Below are positions 1-10,857 of a stretch of DNA of 64,000 nt, piece after piece. Each line of letters begins with the position of its first letter. The stretch's first letter is position 1. A program made the position numbers and the translations under genes. The stretch is from Promethearchaeota archaeon (GTDB taxonomy: Archaea > Asgardarchaeota > Lokiarchaeia > Sigyniarchaeales > SOKP01), in assembly GCA_016839745.1 (NCBI GenBank), contig JAEOTS010000080.1, positions 1-64,000 of the forward strand, written 5' to 3'. Below the pieces are notes generated by a model that worked only from the letters and a program-made list of their open reading frames with translations, made no database searches and had not been told where the DNA came from.

Positions 1-1304
1 AAAATACGGTTTTCAACTTCTGTTTTGAATTCATCATACCAAGAAGCTTCTTGGACCTTTTTAAATAAATCGAATTCAAAAAGCATGCTAATTATCAGGC
101 CGGTTTTTCCTTTTGGAGCTAGAGAGGAATCTCGAAGCGCAGGAATTGAAATTTCATAAGTATTCAATTTGCAAAACCTATCTAACCACTGTAGAATTTC
201 TTCTTTTGAGGTATTTTCAAAATTTTCGATTAATGATTTTAGTTCCGAACGATTAATTTCTCCAAGACCTCTTTTCGATGGAGTGTAAAAGAAGTGTCCG
301 TGTGAAATAGATTTATATTTTTCTATTGGTTCATCAACTCCGATGAACAAACTAAATACCGAATCTCCACCACGATGGGAAATAAATTTTTCTTTTTGAT
401 CTTTAATTTTGCGAGAAATTTTATCATCTAAATTGTCGGTATTAACTCTCTTGTATAATGTCTTTAGATCCGCGCCCCAAATGAGATAATCATAGGGATA
501 TAAATTGCCATTGATATCGATTACTTGATTCATTGAAGGAATAATTTTGGAGATTTCTGTTTCAGTTTGGATTTTCCCTCCCCATTCGATAATCTTTTGT
601 TCAATAGCTCTAGGTATTTGACCTGTACCACCCATTGGGTAAATATAATCAAGATAAACGTAAAAATAGCCCATAGCAAAAGATGTAGGAGTATTTTTAA
701 AAAAATGTTGGCCAATTATATCAGTAAGAGGTCTGTATGACGACATTTTTTCTAAAAATTCTTCAACGGGTTCATCTAGGCGATTCATACGCCGGACCGT
801 TAACAAGAATTTTCCCAAATATGGAAGTAGTTCTTTAAATAGAAATTTTCTATCTTTCTTGAGGTCTTTTAAAAGGGGGTTGTCTATCCCATATAAAACG
901 GCCATATCTTTCATCATTTTTTCTATAAATGAGAAAATTCTTTGGATATCTTCTATCTTTTCAGGATACAATTTTTCTAGTAAGATCTTATAGTCAACCA
1001 AACTATCTTCCGAATGGATATTAATAACATCGCTTTCAATCCCAACAGAGATAGGACTGTTAATAATCTCTAGTTTAATTCCTAGATCATTTAAAAAAGG
1101 TTTAATAATACCAGAATTTTCTATCGATCTTGCAGCTGTATCGAAGAAAAATCCATCTCGTTCAATTGTATTAACTAGACCTCCAATTTCTTTATTTTTT
1201 TCAATTAAAAGGACATCATACTTTGCCCTCGATAAATAGGCAGCAGCGGTTAAACCTGCCATACCTGCCCCGACTATAACTATTTTTTTATCTTTATCAT
1301 TCAT
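1..1304 (-). CDS. FAD-dependent oxidoreductase, phytoene desaturase/retinol saturase family (3' end runs off the window; not in ORF track)
   Basis: Manual translation from ATG at 1304: MNDKDKKIVIVGAGMAGLTAAAYLSRAKYDVLLIEKNKEIGG (GxGxxG dinucleotide-binding motif), later YPMGGTGQI. ATGA overlap with the upstream SDR stop. Confidence 0.8.
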   Translation of the reverse strand, partial: MNDKDKKIVIVGAGMAGLTAAAYLSRAKYDVLLIEKNKEIGGLVNTIERDGFFFDTAARSIENSGIIKPFLNDLGIKLEIINSPISVGIESDVINIHSEDSLVDYKILLEKLYPEKIEDIQRIFSFIEKMMKDMAVLYGIDNPLLKDLKKDRKFLFKELLPYLGKFLLTVRRMNRLDEPVEEFLEKMSSYRPLTDIIGQHFFKNTPTSFAMGYFYVYLDYIYPMGGTGQIPRAIEQKIIEWGGKIQTETEISKIIPSMNQVIDINGNLYPYDYLIWGADLKTLYKRVNTDNLDDKISRKIKDQKEKFISHRGGDSVFSLFIGVDEPIEKYKSISHGHFFYTPSKRGLGEINRSELKSLIENFENTSKEEILQWLDRFCKLNTYEISIPALRDSSLAPKGKTGLIISMLFEFDLFKKVQEASWYDEFKTEVENRI

Positions 1305-2248
1305 TCAAGACCACCTAATTTGATGCTTAAACTCCAGAGCTCATCTGCGACCTCCCTATCCAATGCAGGAGGTGCTGGTTCTTCTTCTGAAGTAAGACGG
1401 AAAAACTTACCGCTCACTCCATTAATTTCATTTGACACGCCGAGATAATATAAAGCTTGAGCGGATATCTCAGGTGATTTTGCAGCTCGATCAACAAAAT
1501 GATGTTTAAAAAATCGATAAATTTTTCCGTTATTTTCTCCCATGTTTGTTTTCACACTTCCAGGATGCATTGCATTTATTGATACTTCGCTATCTTTGAA
1601 ATAATCGTCAAATGAAATCATTGAAAGAAGTTGAGCTGTTTTTGCTTTCCCATAACTACGCAAGCCTGAATAATGATGATCCTCCCAATCAAGATCATCT
1701 AAACTCAATCCAAGAATAGCAAAACGGTGACCTTCAGAATTTACAAGTATAATCCTTGTATTACCTTGGGTTTTTAGTTTATCCTTTAATATATAATTTA
1801 GAATAAATGACCCGAGATAATCTACTTGAAAAACAAGTTCGATATTGTCTTCAGTAAATATCTTTTTAGTAGAATAAACGCCTGCATTATGGATAAGTAT
1901 ATCTATTTTTATATCAGAATCTAAAAGTTCGTATCCTACTTTCTGTACATCAGAGATGCGGGTAAAATCTGCAATTTTATATTCACATTCTATACCAAAA
2001 TCTTGACGAATTTCTTCGCAAATCGTAAATGATTTTTCTTCATTTCGATTTATCAGTATAAGATTAGCACCATGCAAAGCATATTTTCTTGCAGTATAAT
2101 AACCAATTCCAGATGTTGCCCCCGTGATAACTACTAATTTTTCTTTAAAGTCTTCATCACATTCTTTTATCTCCGCCTTTTTATTCCTCCGCATAGCCCA
2201 CATTTGGGATAACTTATATTCTTTCCAGTACTTATTCACGCGAATCAT
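1301..2248 (-). CDS. Short-chain dehydrogenase/reductase, retinol dehydrogenase/WWOX-like
   Basis: TGATSGIG, NAG, YGKAK (YxxxK) and HPGSVKT motifs. Confidence 0.9.
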   Translation of the reverse strand: MIRVNKYWKEYKLSQMWAMRRNKKAEIKECDEDFKEKLVVITGATSGIGYYTARKYALHGANLILINRNEEKSFTICEEIRQDFGIECEYKIADFTRISDVQKVGYELLDSDIKIDILIHNAGVYSTKKIFTEDNIELVFQVDYLGSFILNYILKDKLKTQGNTRIILVNSEGHRFAILGLSLDDLDWEDHHYSGLRSYGKAKTAQLLSMISFDDYFKDSEVSINAMHPGSVKTNMGENNGKIYRFFKHHFVDRAAKSPEISAQALYYLGVSNEINGVSGKFFRLTSEEEPAPPALDREVADELWSLSIKLGGLE

Positions 2249-2685
2249 CCGAATCTTTTCTTTATAAATTTCCTATATCTATCTGCAAGGAAGGGAATGT
2301 TATCGATTATATCACCCCAAAGATCGTAATAATCCCTTTGTTCAATGATTTTACCATCTTCATTTAAAGTTAATCTGCTTGCTCCGAATAATGTCGAATT
2401 AGGATACCTCTTAAAACTTAATGACATTTCCCATTCAAAAAAAATAATATTTCCTTCAAACAGAATGTGGACAATTTTCATTTTCAAATCTTTAGATCGC
2501 TCAGTTAATCGTTCGGTCATTGGTTTAAATTCTTTCATGCCCTGGATTTCTTGAATCGTATCGCGAAAATAGATATTATCGTCATAATATGGGAGGATAT
2601 GTGACCAATCAGGCTTGCCATTAGTATTGTAAATATTAGTCCATAGTTCGACAAATTGGTCCTTACTTTCAATTCTGATACTCAT
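2245..2685 (-). CDS. NTF2/SnoaL-like family protein
   Basis: 146 aa; YDDNIYFRD..., EDGKIIEQRDYYD pattern typical of SnoaL-like proteins. Confidence 0.8.
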   Translation of the reverse strand: MSIRIESKDQFVELWTNIYNTNGKPDWSHILPYYDDNIYFRDTIQEIQGMKEFKPMTERLTERSKDLKMKIVHILFEGNIIFFEWEMSLSFKRYPNSTLFGASRLTLNEDGKIIEQRDYYDLWGDIIDNIPFLADRYRKFIKKRFG

Positions 2686-2973
2686 TAGAACCTTTCATAA
2701 TTTTGTAATTAAGAATTTATATTCAATTAAAATAAAAATTAACCATTTAAATACAATTCATTAATAAATCATAATATCACCTTATTTGAATAAAAATGTT
2801 AAAAGATAATTTGCCTAAATATTCTGGATTAAGCAAAACAAGTAATTATAAAATCAAGAAATATGATATAAAAAAAATAGGATTTAACATTAAAAAAACA
2901 AACAATCAAGTTCATGATCGTTCTATCCATACCAGCTAAAAGTTAATTCCATTTTCCTATTTTCTTTGATGAT

Positions 2974-3807
2974 TTAAGGTTTTAGTAACTCCTTAATTTT
3001 TTCTAATCTTTTTTCTCTTGAAAGATTATCATTTATGGGATTTAAATCGCCATAAAGACTTTTATGGTATACCCCCCTTGCTTCTTGATGAAAAATCCCT
3101 ATAGTGAATCGATGTGCTTTCCTTGCGATCTGTAATGCTTCTTCTTTTGATCTGGGTTTTTTATCTAAGTATTCAATTTTATCTTTGTATTCTTCCCACT
3201 TGTGGTAGGGCATTGCGGGTTGCAGAACTTCGATAAAGGAGAATCCCTTATGCTCTATAGCTGTAACTAAAGTTTCAGTCAGATGTTTGATATCTCCTGC
3301 ATAGCATCTTGCCACAAATGTTGCACCAACCTCAATAAGTAATGAAATAGGATTGAGGGGAATCTCAAAACTTCCCTTTGGAGTTGATGGTCCTTTCCAT
3401 CCTGGTTCTGTTAAACTTGAGAATTGTCCAGTAGTTAATGCATAAACACTATTATTATGCAAAACTAGTGTAATATCTTGATTTCTTTTAGCGGCATAAA
3501 GCGTATGAGCTAAACCCTCCCCCAAACCGTTTCCATCGCCAGAAAATGTGATAATTCTTAGTTCTGGATTAGCGATCTTTATTCCTTCTGCGTTTGAACT
3601 GTTTCTACCATGCAATCCATAAATCCCACTCAAATTTACATAATCAAATATTTTTGCATGGCAACCTATTCCTGAAGAAATTACAATTTCTTCCCTCTTT
3701 ACACCCTTCCTCTCTAATTCAAGAACTGCATTTTGGAACGCAGTACGAATACCATAATTTCCACATCCAGGACACCATGTAATTTCAGCGTTGGTTTCAA
3801 AACCCAT
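2974..3807 (-). CDS. korB: 2-oxoacid:ferredoxin oxidoreductase beta subunit
   Basis: WCPGCG, GIGC, HGR, GDG...NN TPP-binding motif. Confidence 0.9.
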   Translation of the reverse strand: MGFETNAEITWCPGCGNYGIRTAFQNAVLELERKGVKREEIVISSGIGCHAKIFDYVNLSGIYGLHGRNSSNAEGIKIANPELRIITFSGDGNGLGEGLAHTLYAAKRNQDITLVLHNNSVYALTTGQFSSLTEPGWKGPSTPKGSFEIPLNPISLLIEVGATFVARCYAGDIKHLTETLVTAIEHKGFSFIEVLQPAMPYHKWEEYKDKIEYLDKKPRSKEEALQIARKAHRFTIGIFHQEARGVYHKSLYGDLNPINDNLSREKRLEKIKELLKP

Positions 3808-3808
3808 T

Positions 3809-5470
3809 CTATTTCAGCACCTCTCGAATTTGTGTTGATAATTCAATCGGATCAAATGGACGACCATCATAACGCTTTATTGTTGTTCTCACTTTTATAC
3901 CCGTCTTTTCTACTAAAAGCTGAGTAAATTGTCCAGAGATATTTTGCTCAACTACTATGTTGTCTTGATCTTTGAATTCTTCTAACTCCCAAGTTGGTAA
4001 TGGACTTAAGTATATAGGTTGAATTGTAGTTGGATTTAGTTTACCATACCTAAGAGCTTCTAAAACGCTCATATAGGTTGAGCCAAAACAAAAAATATTA
4101 GTTGGATGCTCCCCGCGGATAATGTTTACAGTCTCTTTATCTTTCAGATAATTTAATAGCGCACTCACTTTTCGATTTCTTTTTTCGTGCATTTTAGCAA
4201 TTAGTTTGGCATCCTCAGTAGTAATTCCATACTCGTCATGCTCATAACTATTCCATTTTATAACCTCATTAGAAGGTGGAAAGAGCATTGGTGAGATACC
4301 GTTGTCTGTATCGAGATACCTACTATATTTACCATTATTGTGAAGACTAGCGGCAGCCCATTTTGCTTTTGCTGGGTCAATCTCGACTGTCATTGCACTC
4401 TCTGATAGATGCTTTTCAGTTAGTAATATACCTGGTGTTTGAAATTTCCAAACGAGATCTAACATTTCAGCAGTTAAATAAAACGCGTCCTCGACCGTTG
4501 CGGGAGACGCTACAATTCTTAAAAAGTCCCCATGTCCAGCAGTGAGGGCAAATGAAAGGTCAGCTTGCTCAGTATAAGTTGGTACGCCAGTCGCAGGTCC
4601 AGGCCTTTGAGACAATACTATTAGAACTGGAGCCTCAGTAATTCCTGCTAAGGAATAACCTTCTACCATAAGAGCAAAACCTCCTCCACTTGTACCAACC
4701 ATCGTTTTTGCTCCTGTAAAGGTAGATCCTACAGCCAAATTTATAACTGCAATTTCACTCTCGGCGTGAACTACTGCCAGTCCAAAATTTTCTGCTTGTC
4801 TTGCGATAAAATGCAGAATTGTAGAAGCAGGAGTCATTGGATAACCATAATATATATTTAATCCTCCAGCAATCGCTCCAAGGCTAATAGATTCATTTCC
4901 TGTTATAATCTTTCTCTCTTTATCACCCCGTTCTAATGGGAATTTGCTTTCACAGTCTTCTTTTACCATATCATAGATACTACCAGCAAACCTAATATTA
5001 TCCTCAATGCCTCGGGGGTATTGCTCACTAATTATCTGATTCATTTGCTCTTTACTAAAACCAATAGTGCTTGATAAAACAGCTACTGCCCCCACACCAT
5101 ACATAAGTTTTTTCATTGGATATTTATCTGCCTCAGAACTTAAAGGAATACCAATTCCATTAATATTACCTAATTCATCCGAATTATATACCATTATACC
5201 ATTATCTGCGAGATCATTCAAATGAGTCTCACAGCTCCTCTTATCAAAGTTGACAACTAGGTTAGATTTCATATAATGACTTGTAAGCCATCTTGTTGAA
5301 GTGCTCACTACAGAAAAGTTATGTCCTCCTCGAATTAGGCTCATATAATCATCCATTTGAAAAACATGACGGTTCAAACTAGAAAAGATATGAGCAGCCA
5401 CTGAACCGGCCTTTTTTACACCTTCCCCAGCTTTCCCTCCAATTAAAAATGTGAAAACATCTTTTGACAT
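3809..5470 (-). CDS. korA: 2-oxoacid:ferredoxin oxidoreductase alpha subunit (gamma-alpha fusion)
   Basis: GGKAGEG, IRGGHN, YPMTP, ESE, TSGGG, QRPGPATGVPT motifs; adjacent to the beta subunit. Confidence 0.9.
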   Translation of the reverse strand: MSKDVFTFLIGGKAGEGVKKAGSVAAHIFSSLNRHVFQMDDYMSLIRGGHNFSVVSTSTRWLTSHYMKSNLVVNFDKRSCETHLNDLADNGIMVYNSDELGNINGIGIPLSSEADKYPMKKLMYGVGAVAVLSSTIGFSKEQMNQIISEQYPRGIEDNIRFAGSIYDMVKEDCESKFPLERGDKERKIITGNESISLGAIAGGLNIYYGYPMTPASTILHFIARQAENFGLAVVHAESEIAVINLAVGSTFTGAKTMVGTSGGGFALMVEGYSLAGITEAPVLIVLSQRPGPATGVPTYTEQADLSFALTAGHGDFLRIVASPATVEDAFYLTAEMLDLVWKFQTPGILLTEKHLSESAMTVEIDPAKAKWAAASLHNNGKYSRYLDTDNGISPMLFPPSNEVIKWNSYEHDEYGITTEDAKLIAKMHEKRNRKVSALLNYLKDKETVNIIRGEHPTNIFCFGSTYMSVLEALRYGKLNPTTIQPIYLSPLPTWELEEFKDQDNIVVEQNISGQFTQLLVEKTGIKVRTTIKRYDGRPFDPIELSTQIREVLK

Positions 5471-5609
5471 GATAGATATAACCTCTTTTAATTTAAGAAA
5501 TGATAATTTATCGATAATTAATTAAAAAACAGTTTTCTAATAGTATATAAATCTATTGCTTATATTCACTCAACTCTGCATTAAATAAAGATAAGTTAAG
5601 GTTTAAGAT

Positions 5610-6839
5610 TCACTTTGTAAGCATGTCAAATAAATCTAGATATCTTTCCACATGCTTAATTAATAGGAATTCATTTTTTATTTTGAGATGGCCAGCTTCC
5701 CCTATTTCTCTTGCTTTGTCTGGATTTTTTAGAATATAAGTTATTTTTTCAGCAGTCTCTTCAATGGTGTCAACTAAGAACCCATTTTCTCCATCATCAA
5801 TTTGAAGTTTAATTCCCCCGACATTTCCCCCGATAACCGGGATTTTTTTCCACATCCCTTCAGTTACTGTAAGACCAAAACCTTCTTTAATCGATTTTTG
5901 AAGAATCACCTGAGATAATCGTTGGAATGCATTAACTTCAATATCACCTACGCCATCCAAATTGCTTAGTATGATAATATCGGGATCGTTTTTAGCATAA
6001 TCCTTTACTTTTTCCAGCCATTCTACACCTTCTGGATCGTCGTGAGCTAAGCTTCCTATTAAAACTAGGCGAATAGGATGCTTTTCTTTAACGATTCTGT
6101 ATGCGTCAATAACTCCTAGAGGATCTTTCCAAGGATCAAATCGAGAAACTTGCGTAACTAACGGAAGGTCTAAAGGTACAAACTTTTCTACGATTTTTTG
6201 AGCCTGAACCTCTGGAATGTCTTTATTTTTAACAGAGAAAGGATCAATCGATGGTGGAATTTGGTATATGAGATTGTGGCTTTTTTTTCTGGCATATTCC
6301 ATTTTAGTAAAGACCAAAGCATCATATAAAGACAAATAATCTGATATCATACCCCAAGCTTGAGGATTTGGGTTTGCAGTGTCGATGTGACAACGCCAAA
6401 TCCATTTCCCTTTTTTATCTTCTGCGAAATTAATAAGCGGACAAGGTTGAGGATCATGAATGATATTAAAATCAGAATCGGGACGAATTTGATCGTAGGT
6501 AGATTTAGCTTGTTCGATATAGTCGTTTACTTCTTTGTCACTAAAAAATATTTCCATATTTCCTTGCAATGCATTATGCATTTTTTTGGAAATGTCGAAA
6601 AAACTTTCTGGTGCGGTAAATACCTCCCAGCTACCCTCAATTCCTAGTTCGTTCATTAAGGGAATCATATTTTGTAGAATTTCTGCAACACCACCACCAT
6701 ATTTTGTAGCATTTACATGTAAAACAGTTTTACCTTTGAATTTGTGAGCCTTTTCCTTTAATTCATTAATAGTTTTTGCGCCTAAAAGTAGAGCATATGC
6801 TTCTAATATTGATTCAGAATTCTTTTTCATAAATTTCAC
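5610..6839 (-). CDS. treT: GT-B glycosyltransferase, trehalose synthase TreT
   Basis: HVNATKYGGGVAEIL, IHDPQP, WRCHID, VSRFDPWKDP, EGFGLTVTE motifs; divergent from a sugar ABC operon. Confidence 0.85.
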   Translation of the reverse strand: MKFMKKNSESILEAYALLLGAKTINELKEKAHKFKGKTVLHVNATKYGGGVAEILQNMIPLMNELGIEGSWEVFTAPESFFDISKKMHNALQGNMEIFFSDKEVNDYIEQAKSTYDQIRPDSDFNIIHDPQPCPLINFAEDKKGKWIWRCHIDTANPNPQAWGMISDYLSLYDALVFTKMEYARKKSHNLIYQIPPSIDPFSVKNKDIPEVQAQKIVEKFVPLDLPLVTQVSRFDPWKDPLGVIDAYRIVKEKHPIRLVLIGSLAHDDPEGVEWLEKVKDYAKNDPDIIILSNLDGVGDIEVNAFQRLSQVILQKSIKEGFGLTVTEGMWKKIPVIGGNVGGIKLQIDDGENGFLVDTIEETAEKITYILKNPDKAREIGEAGHLKIKNEFLLIKHVERYLDLFDMLTK

Positions 6840-7099
6840 TATTTTAACTTTTAAGTAATATTTATTATTGTCATGAATAAAAAGTTTAGTTATGGACTCT
6901 ATTGTCTAATTTCTATGAGTTAAGATTATACTTAGTACAGGCTTACCTTAAGCATTTTTTATTTTTGATTTATGAAAAGATAGGATAAGATTTAAAAGAT
7001 TATTTATCGTATTTTTTCTCTGTCTTACTAATTTTTAAGTATCGACAAAATTATAAAAAAAAAGTAATAAAAAAAAAATCCAAAAAAGTGAAAATATAC

Positions 7100-8563
7100 A
7101 TGACAAAATACAACAAAAAAGCACTTATTGTGCTTGCAAGTCTCGTATTTTTAATGACATCAACATTTTTTCTCTTTCCAATAAAGGTACAAGCAAAACC
7201 AGTTAGTTCTCAAGTACCCATGTTGACTATTTATGTTACTGATCAACAAATGGCTGGTGTCGAATTTGTCAAAGCCGATTTTCTTGCGTCACCTCTCGGT
7301 AGTGGCGTAACAGATGTAACTGTTACATCTACAGGAACTACTGCCAATGACCAGTTAGCTTTTCTACAGACCTTAATGGGGGGTGGAACTGCTACAGCGG
7401 CAGTAATTGGTTTAGATGTAGTTTGGACTGCATTATTTGCTAGTAATGGTTGGATTATTAATCTTGACTCATATTTAGATCCCAATGAAATGGACGATTA
7501 TGTAGCGGGATTAGTTGACGCTGGAACCTGGAACGGTCACTTATACGCGTATCCGTATTTTAATAACTTAGGTATCTTGTTCTATAGAACTGATTTATTA
7601 AATCTACATATGCCAGGTTGGACAGAAGCCGATTTTGATACGTGGGAGGAGTTAAATGCAACAGCTAATTATATTCTTAACAACCAAAGTGGCTTATTGA
7701 CTGCAGCTGATGCTGATTTAGTAGGATACATTGGACAACTCGACGCTTATGAAGGTGGTGTAGTCAACTTCTTTGAGATTATTGGAAGCAACGGTGTTCT
7801 TGACGCAGTCACTAGTGCTGGTGATGTAAATGTAAATACTCAAGATGTAAAAGACGCAATGACCTTCTTTAAAGCGTTAGTACCTCCTCAATATACTGGG
7901 GTTCAAGGTAATCAATACATTATCCCACGCTATGGCCTTGTTCATGACGAAGGATCATCAGTGGGTAAATGGTTAGCAAATGAATCGATATTTATGAGAC
8001 AATGGCCGTTTGCATACGGATTATCGGAAGACAATAACATGGACTTTGGTCTAGCACCATTACCTCATTTTGCTGGTGCAACAGGTTACAGAACTTCAGC
8101 GGTAGGAGGCGCAATTTTAGCAGTTCCAGCTGCAACAACAGGTACTGCAAGAGAAGCTGCCGTTAATCTTACTAAATTCCTTGGAGATCAATTAGCTCAA
8201 GAAGCAGAACTTACAGAAGTTTCAAATTTCCCTGCTCTTACATCAGTTTATGCTAGCCCCCCTACGGGACAGGAATGGATTATGAATTTCACGGATCAGT
8301 TACCCTTAACTTTATCACGACCTGTACATGAAGATTATCCTCTCATTTCAAATGTGATAGCTGATTACTTCAGTGATTTATTAAGTTGTCAAAAGAGTGT
8401 TGACGATGCATTATTGGAAATGGATCGCGATATAAAAGAAATAATTGGAGAAGCACCTGTTCTTCCTGGACTTGAAATTCCAGGATATAGCATTGCGATA
8501 CTAGTTATGACGACTGCCTTTTCTATTGGATTAATTGTAGTATTAAGAAGAAGACATAGGTAA
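7100..8563 (+). CDS. Sugar (trehalose/maltose-type) ABC transporter substrate-binding protein with C-terminal IPGY membrane anchor
   Basis: N-terminal signal, LDVVWTALFA, LFYRTDLL, YEG, FMRQWPFAY; C-terminal EIPGY + TM + RRRHR. ATG at 7100 preferred over GTG at 7088. Confidence 0.85.
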   Translation: MTKYNKKALIVLASLVFLMTSTFFLFPIKVQAKPVSSQVPMLTIYVTDQQMAGVEFVKADFLASPLGSGVTDVTVTSTGTTANDQLAFLQTLMGGGTATAAVIGLDVVWTALFASNGWIINLDSYLDPNEMDDYVAGLVDAGTWNGHLYAYPYFNNLGILFYRTDLLNLHMPGWTEADFDTWEELNATANYILNNQSGLLTAADADLVGYIGQLDAYEGGVVNFFEIIGSNGVLDAVTSAGDVNVNTQDVKDAMTFFKALVPPQYTGVQGNQYIIPRYGLVHDEGSSVGKWLANESIFMRQWPFAYGLSEDNNMDFGLAPLPHFAGATGYRTSAVGGAILAVPAATTGTAREAAVNLTKFLGDQLAQEAELTEVSNFPALTSVYASPPTGQEWIMNFTDQLPLTLSRPVHEDYPLISNVIADYFSDLLSCQKSVDDALLEMDRDIKEIIGEAPVLPGLEIPGYSIAILVMTTAFSIGLIVVLRRRHR

Positions 8564-8643
8564 GAGAATAATTTAATACATCTAAATTTTAATTTTTTTT
8601 TTTAATTATAAAATATATTTTAAAAAAAAGGAGATTTTTAAAC

Positions 8644-10836
8644 ATGGAAACTGTTTCAGTTGAAAAATATGAATTAGTGAAAGAATTCGAAAAACCTCCT
8701 AAAGATACAAGATTTGTTGTATCATTATTAATCCCAGGAATAATAATTTTTGCTTTAGCCATATTGTTTCCTATTATTACAGGGATTTTCATCAGTTTTA
8801 CTGATGCTAGCCCATCTACGGGATTATTTGGAAAATATCTAACATTAGATAATTATTTTAAACTTTTAATACAAGGAGAATTCCATACACGCTACTTTTG
8901 GCAATACACATATCAAACATTGTTTTTTTCGATTTTTTCCCTTTCAATAGAGTTTTTCTTAGGTTTAATATTTGCTCTAATTCTAAACAAAAAATTTAAA
9001 GGTAGAGGCATCGCGAGAGCTACAATTTTAATACCGTGGGCAATTCCTACTGTAGCATCTGCTACAATATATAGGTTTGAAATTTTTAATACTGCTGATG
9101 AAAACGGATTAATTAATAGCCTTATTGTTTTCTTTGGAGGTCGTCCAATTGATTTCTTTGGACCTGATGCAGAAATATTTAGTCTTGGGAATATATTAAT
9201 AATAATAATTATCGTTTTAATAATCGTCCTGGTAATAATTGGAGCTCTCGCTATAGTAAGAAGAAGTATAAAGGCATCTATTAAGAAAATACTTATTATC
9301 GTATCGATAATTCTACTGTTAGCTTTATTGTCTTTTGTATCTTTTGCGACACGGGGAGATCCAACATCTTTAGTAGATCTGGAAGTTACAATGACGATGT
9401 TCACATCAATTTTCATTGATGTTTGGAAAACGACGCCTTTTATCACATTATTAATTTTAGCATCTTTACAAATTGTACCGAAGGATTTATATAAAGCAGG
9501 CGATATAGCTGGAGCATCTGGTTGGCAAAAATTTAGGTATATAACATGGCCTTTAATTAAACCAGGAGTAGGAATTGCGTTAATTTTTCGAATGATGCAA
9601 GCTCTTAGAGTGTATGACGCTATAGTAGTGTTTAATGATGACAGCGTTAATTCCATGACTTCCCATTCAGTTCTTTTGTGGTTAAGCGGTGATTATGGAA
9701 AGGCTTCAGCAGTTTCAGTTTTATTATTAGGTTTTATAGCAGTATTTGCATTAGGTATAACGATATTGACAAGGAAAAAGAAGAGAAGCAAATCATCAAA
9801 GAATACTTCTTTTTTACCCAACGTAGAAGCTAATGATGTGTTAAAATCAGAAGTTAATCCTTTGACTGGTGAGTTGAAAAAGGAAAATATAATTAATGAC
9901 GCCAATTTTGAGACGAAAATTGAACCAATATCCGAGTCCACAGTTAAATGGTATATACGGAAGAGACATATTAAAAAAGGATTTTTTATCTTTTTAGCAG
10001 TGTTTATGTGTCTCTTCTGCGCGGGTCCTTTTATTTGGATAGTATTAAGATCTTTTAGAGACCCTTACATTGTACAAACAGAGTTTGAATTATTTCCAAA
10101 ATACCTTTCATTTGGAGCGTACGAAGTAATATTTCAAAGTGCCGAAGTGACTGGTGTCGCATTTGAGAGAGCGCTTTTAAATGGATTAATATTGTCAGGA
10201 ACAACAGTTGTAACAGTAATTATTGTTGGTTCATTTATTGCTTACGCTATAGCAAAATTTGACTTTAAATTTAAAAAAGGTCTAAATAGTTTTATATTCT
10301 CAATGAACAGCTTACCACCTCTTATTATAATAATACCTTTCTATATTCAGATTATTAGTATAGCGACTATATTCCCATTCTTTGACTTACGGGATAATTT
10401 ATTAGGATTGGTTTTACCTTATGCTGCAATCAACCTGCCATTGGCTATATTCATTCTAGTCGCGTTTTTTAGGGAAATTCCTGAAGATTTGTGGAAAGCT
10501 GCAAAAGTTGATGGTGCTTCGAACTTTCAAATTTTTAGAAAAATTATCTTTCCATTAACTATACCTGGTATTTTTACAAGTGCGATCTTAGTATTTATTG
10601 CTTCTTGGAATGAATTGCTATTCGCTCAAATATTTTTAACAGATCCTTTAAATCACACGGTACCACGTGCTATTTTAAGATATACAAGGAACCTTCAGAG
10701 TTTAACAGCAACATGGGATACTGACATCGCTTTATTAGCAGCAACAACTATAGCAACAATACCGTTGGTAATAGTCGTTTTAATATTTCAGAAGAAAATT
10801 GTAAGTGGTTTAACGAGAGGTGCCGTGAAAGGTTAA
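8644..10836 (+). CDS. Fused MalF-MalG sugar ABC permease
   Basis: Two EAA-loop permease domains (DLYKAGDIAGASGWQKF; DLWKAAKVDGASNFQIF) joined in one ORF by a hydrophilic linker. Confidence 0.9.
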   Translation: METVSVEKYELVKEFEKPPKDTRFVVSLLIPGIIIFALAILFPIITGIFISFTDASPSTGLFGKYLTLDNYFKLLIQGEFHTRYFWQYTYQTLFFSIFSLSIEFFLGLIFALILNKKFKGRGIARATILIPWAIPTVASATIYRFEIFNTADENGLINSLIVFFGGRPIDFFGPDAEIFSLGNILIIIIIVLIIVLVIIGALAIVRRSIKASIKKILIIVSIILLLALLSFVSFATRGDPTSLVDLEVTMTMFTSIFIDVWKTTPFITLLILASLQIVPKDLYKAGDIAGASGWQKFRYITWPLIKPGVGIALIFRMMQALRVYDAIVVFNDDSVNSMTSHSVLLWLSGDYGKASAVSVLLLGFIAVFALGITILTRKKKRSKSSKNTSFLPNVEANDVLKSEVNPLTGELKKENIINDANFETKIEPISESTVKWYIRKRHIKKGFFIFLAVFMCLFCAGPFIWIVLRSFRDPYIVQTEFELFPKYLSFGAYEVIFQSAEVTGVAFERALLNGLILSGTTVVTVIIVGSFIAYAIAKFDFKFKKGLNSFIFSMNSLPPLIIIIPFYIQIISIATIFPFFDLRDNLLGLVLPYAAINLPLAIFILVAFFREIPEDLWKAAKVDGASNFQIFRKIIFPLTIPGIFTSAILVFIASWNELLFAQIFLTDPLNHTVPRAILRYTRNLQSLTATWDTDIALLAATTIATIPLVIVVLIFQKKIVSGLTRGAVKG

Positions 10837-10857
10837 AAAAATAAAGGTGAAAATTAG

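Noticed and set aside
530-715. 61-aa minus-strand ORF in the track
   Set aside because: Alternative frame inside the longer FAD oxidoreductase gene (1..1304)
8913-9656. 247-aa antisense ORF, and the many other short overlapping ORFs in the track
   Set aside because: Shadow ORFs of well-supported genes, with no motifs of their own
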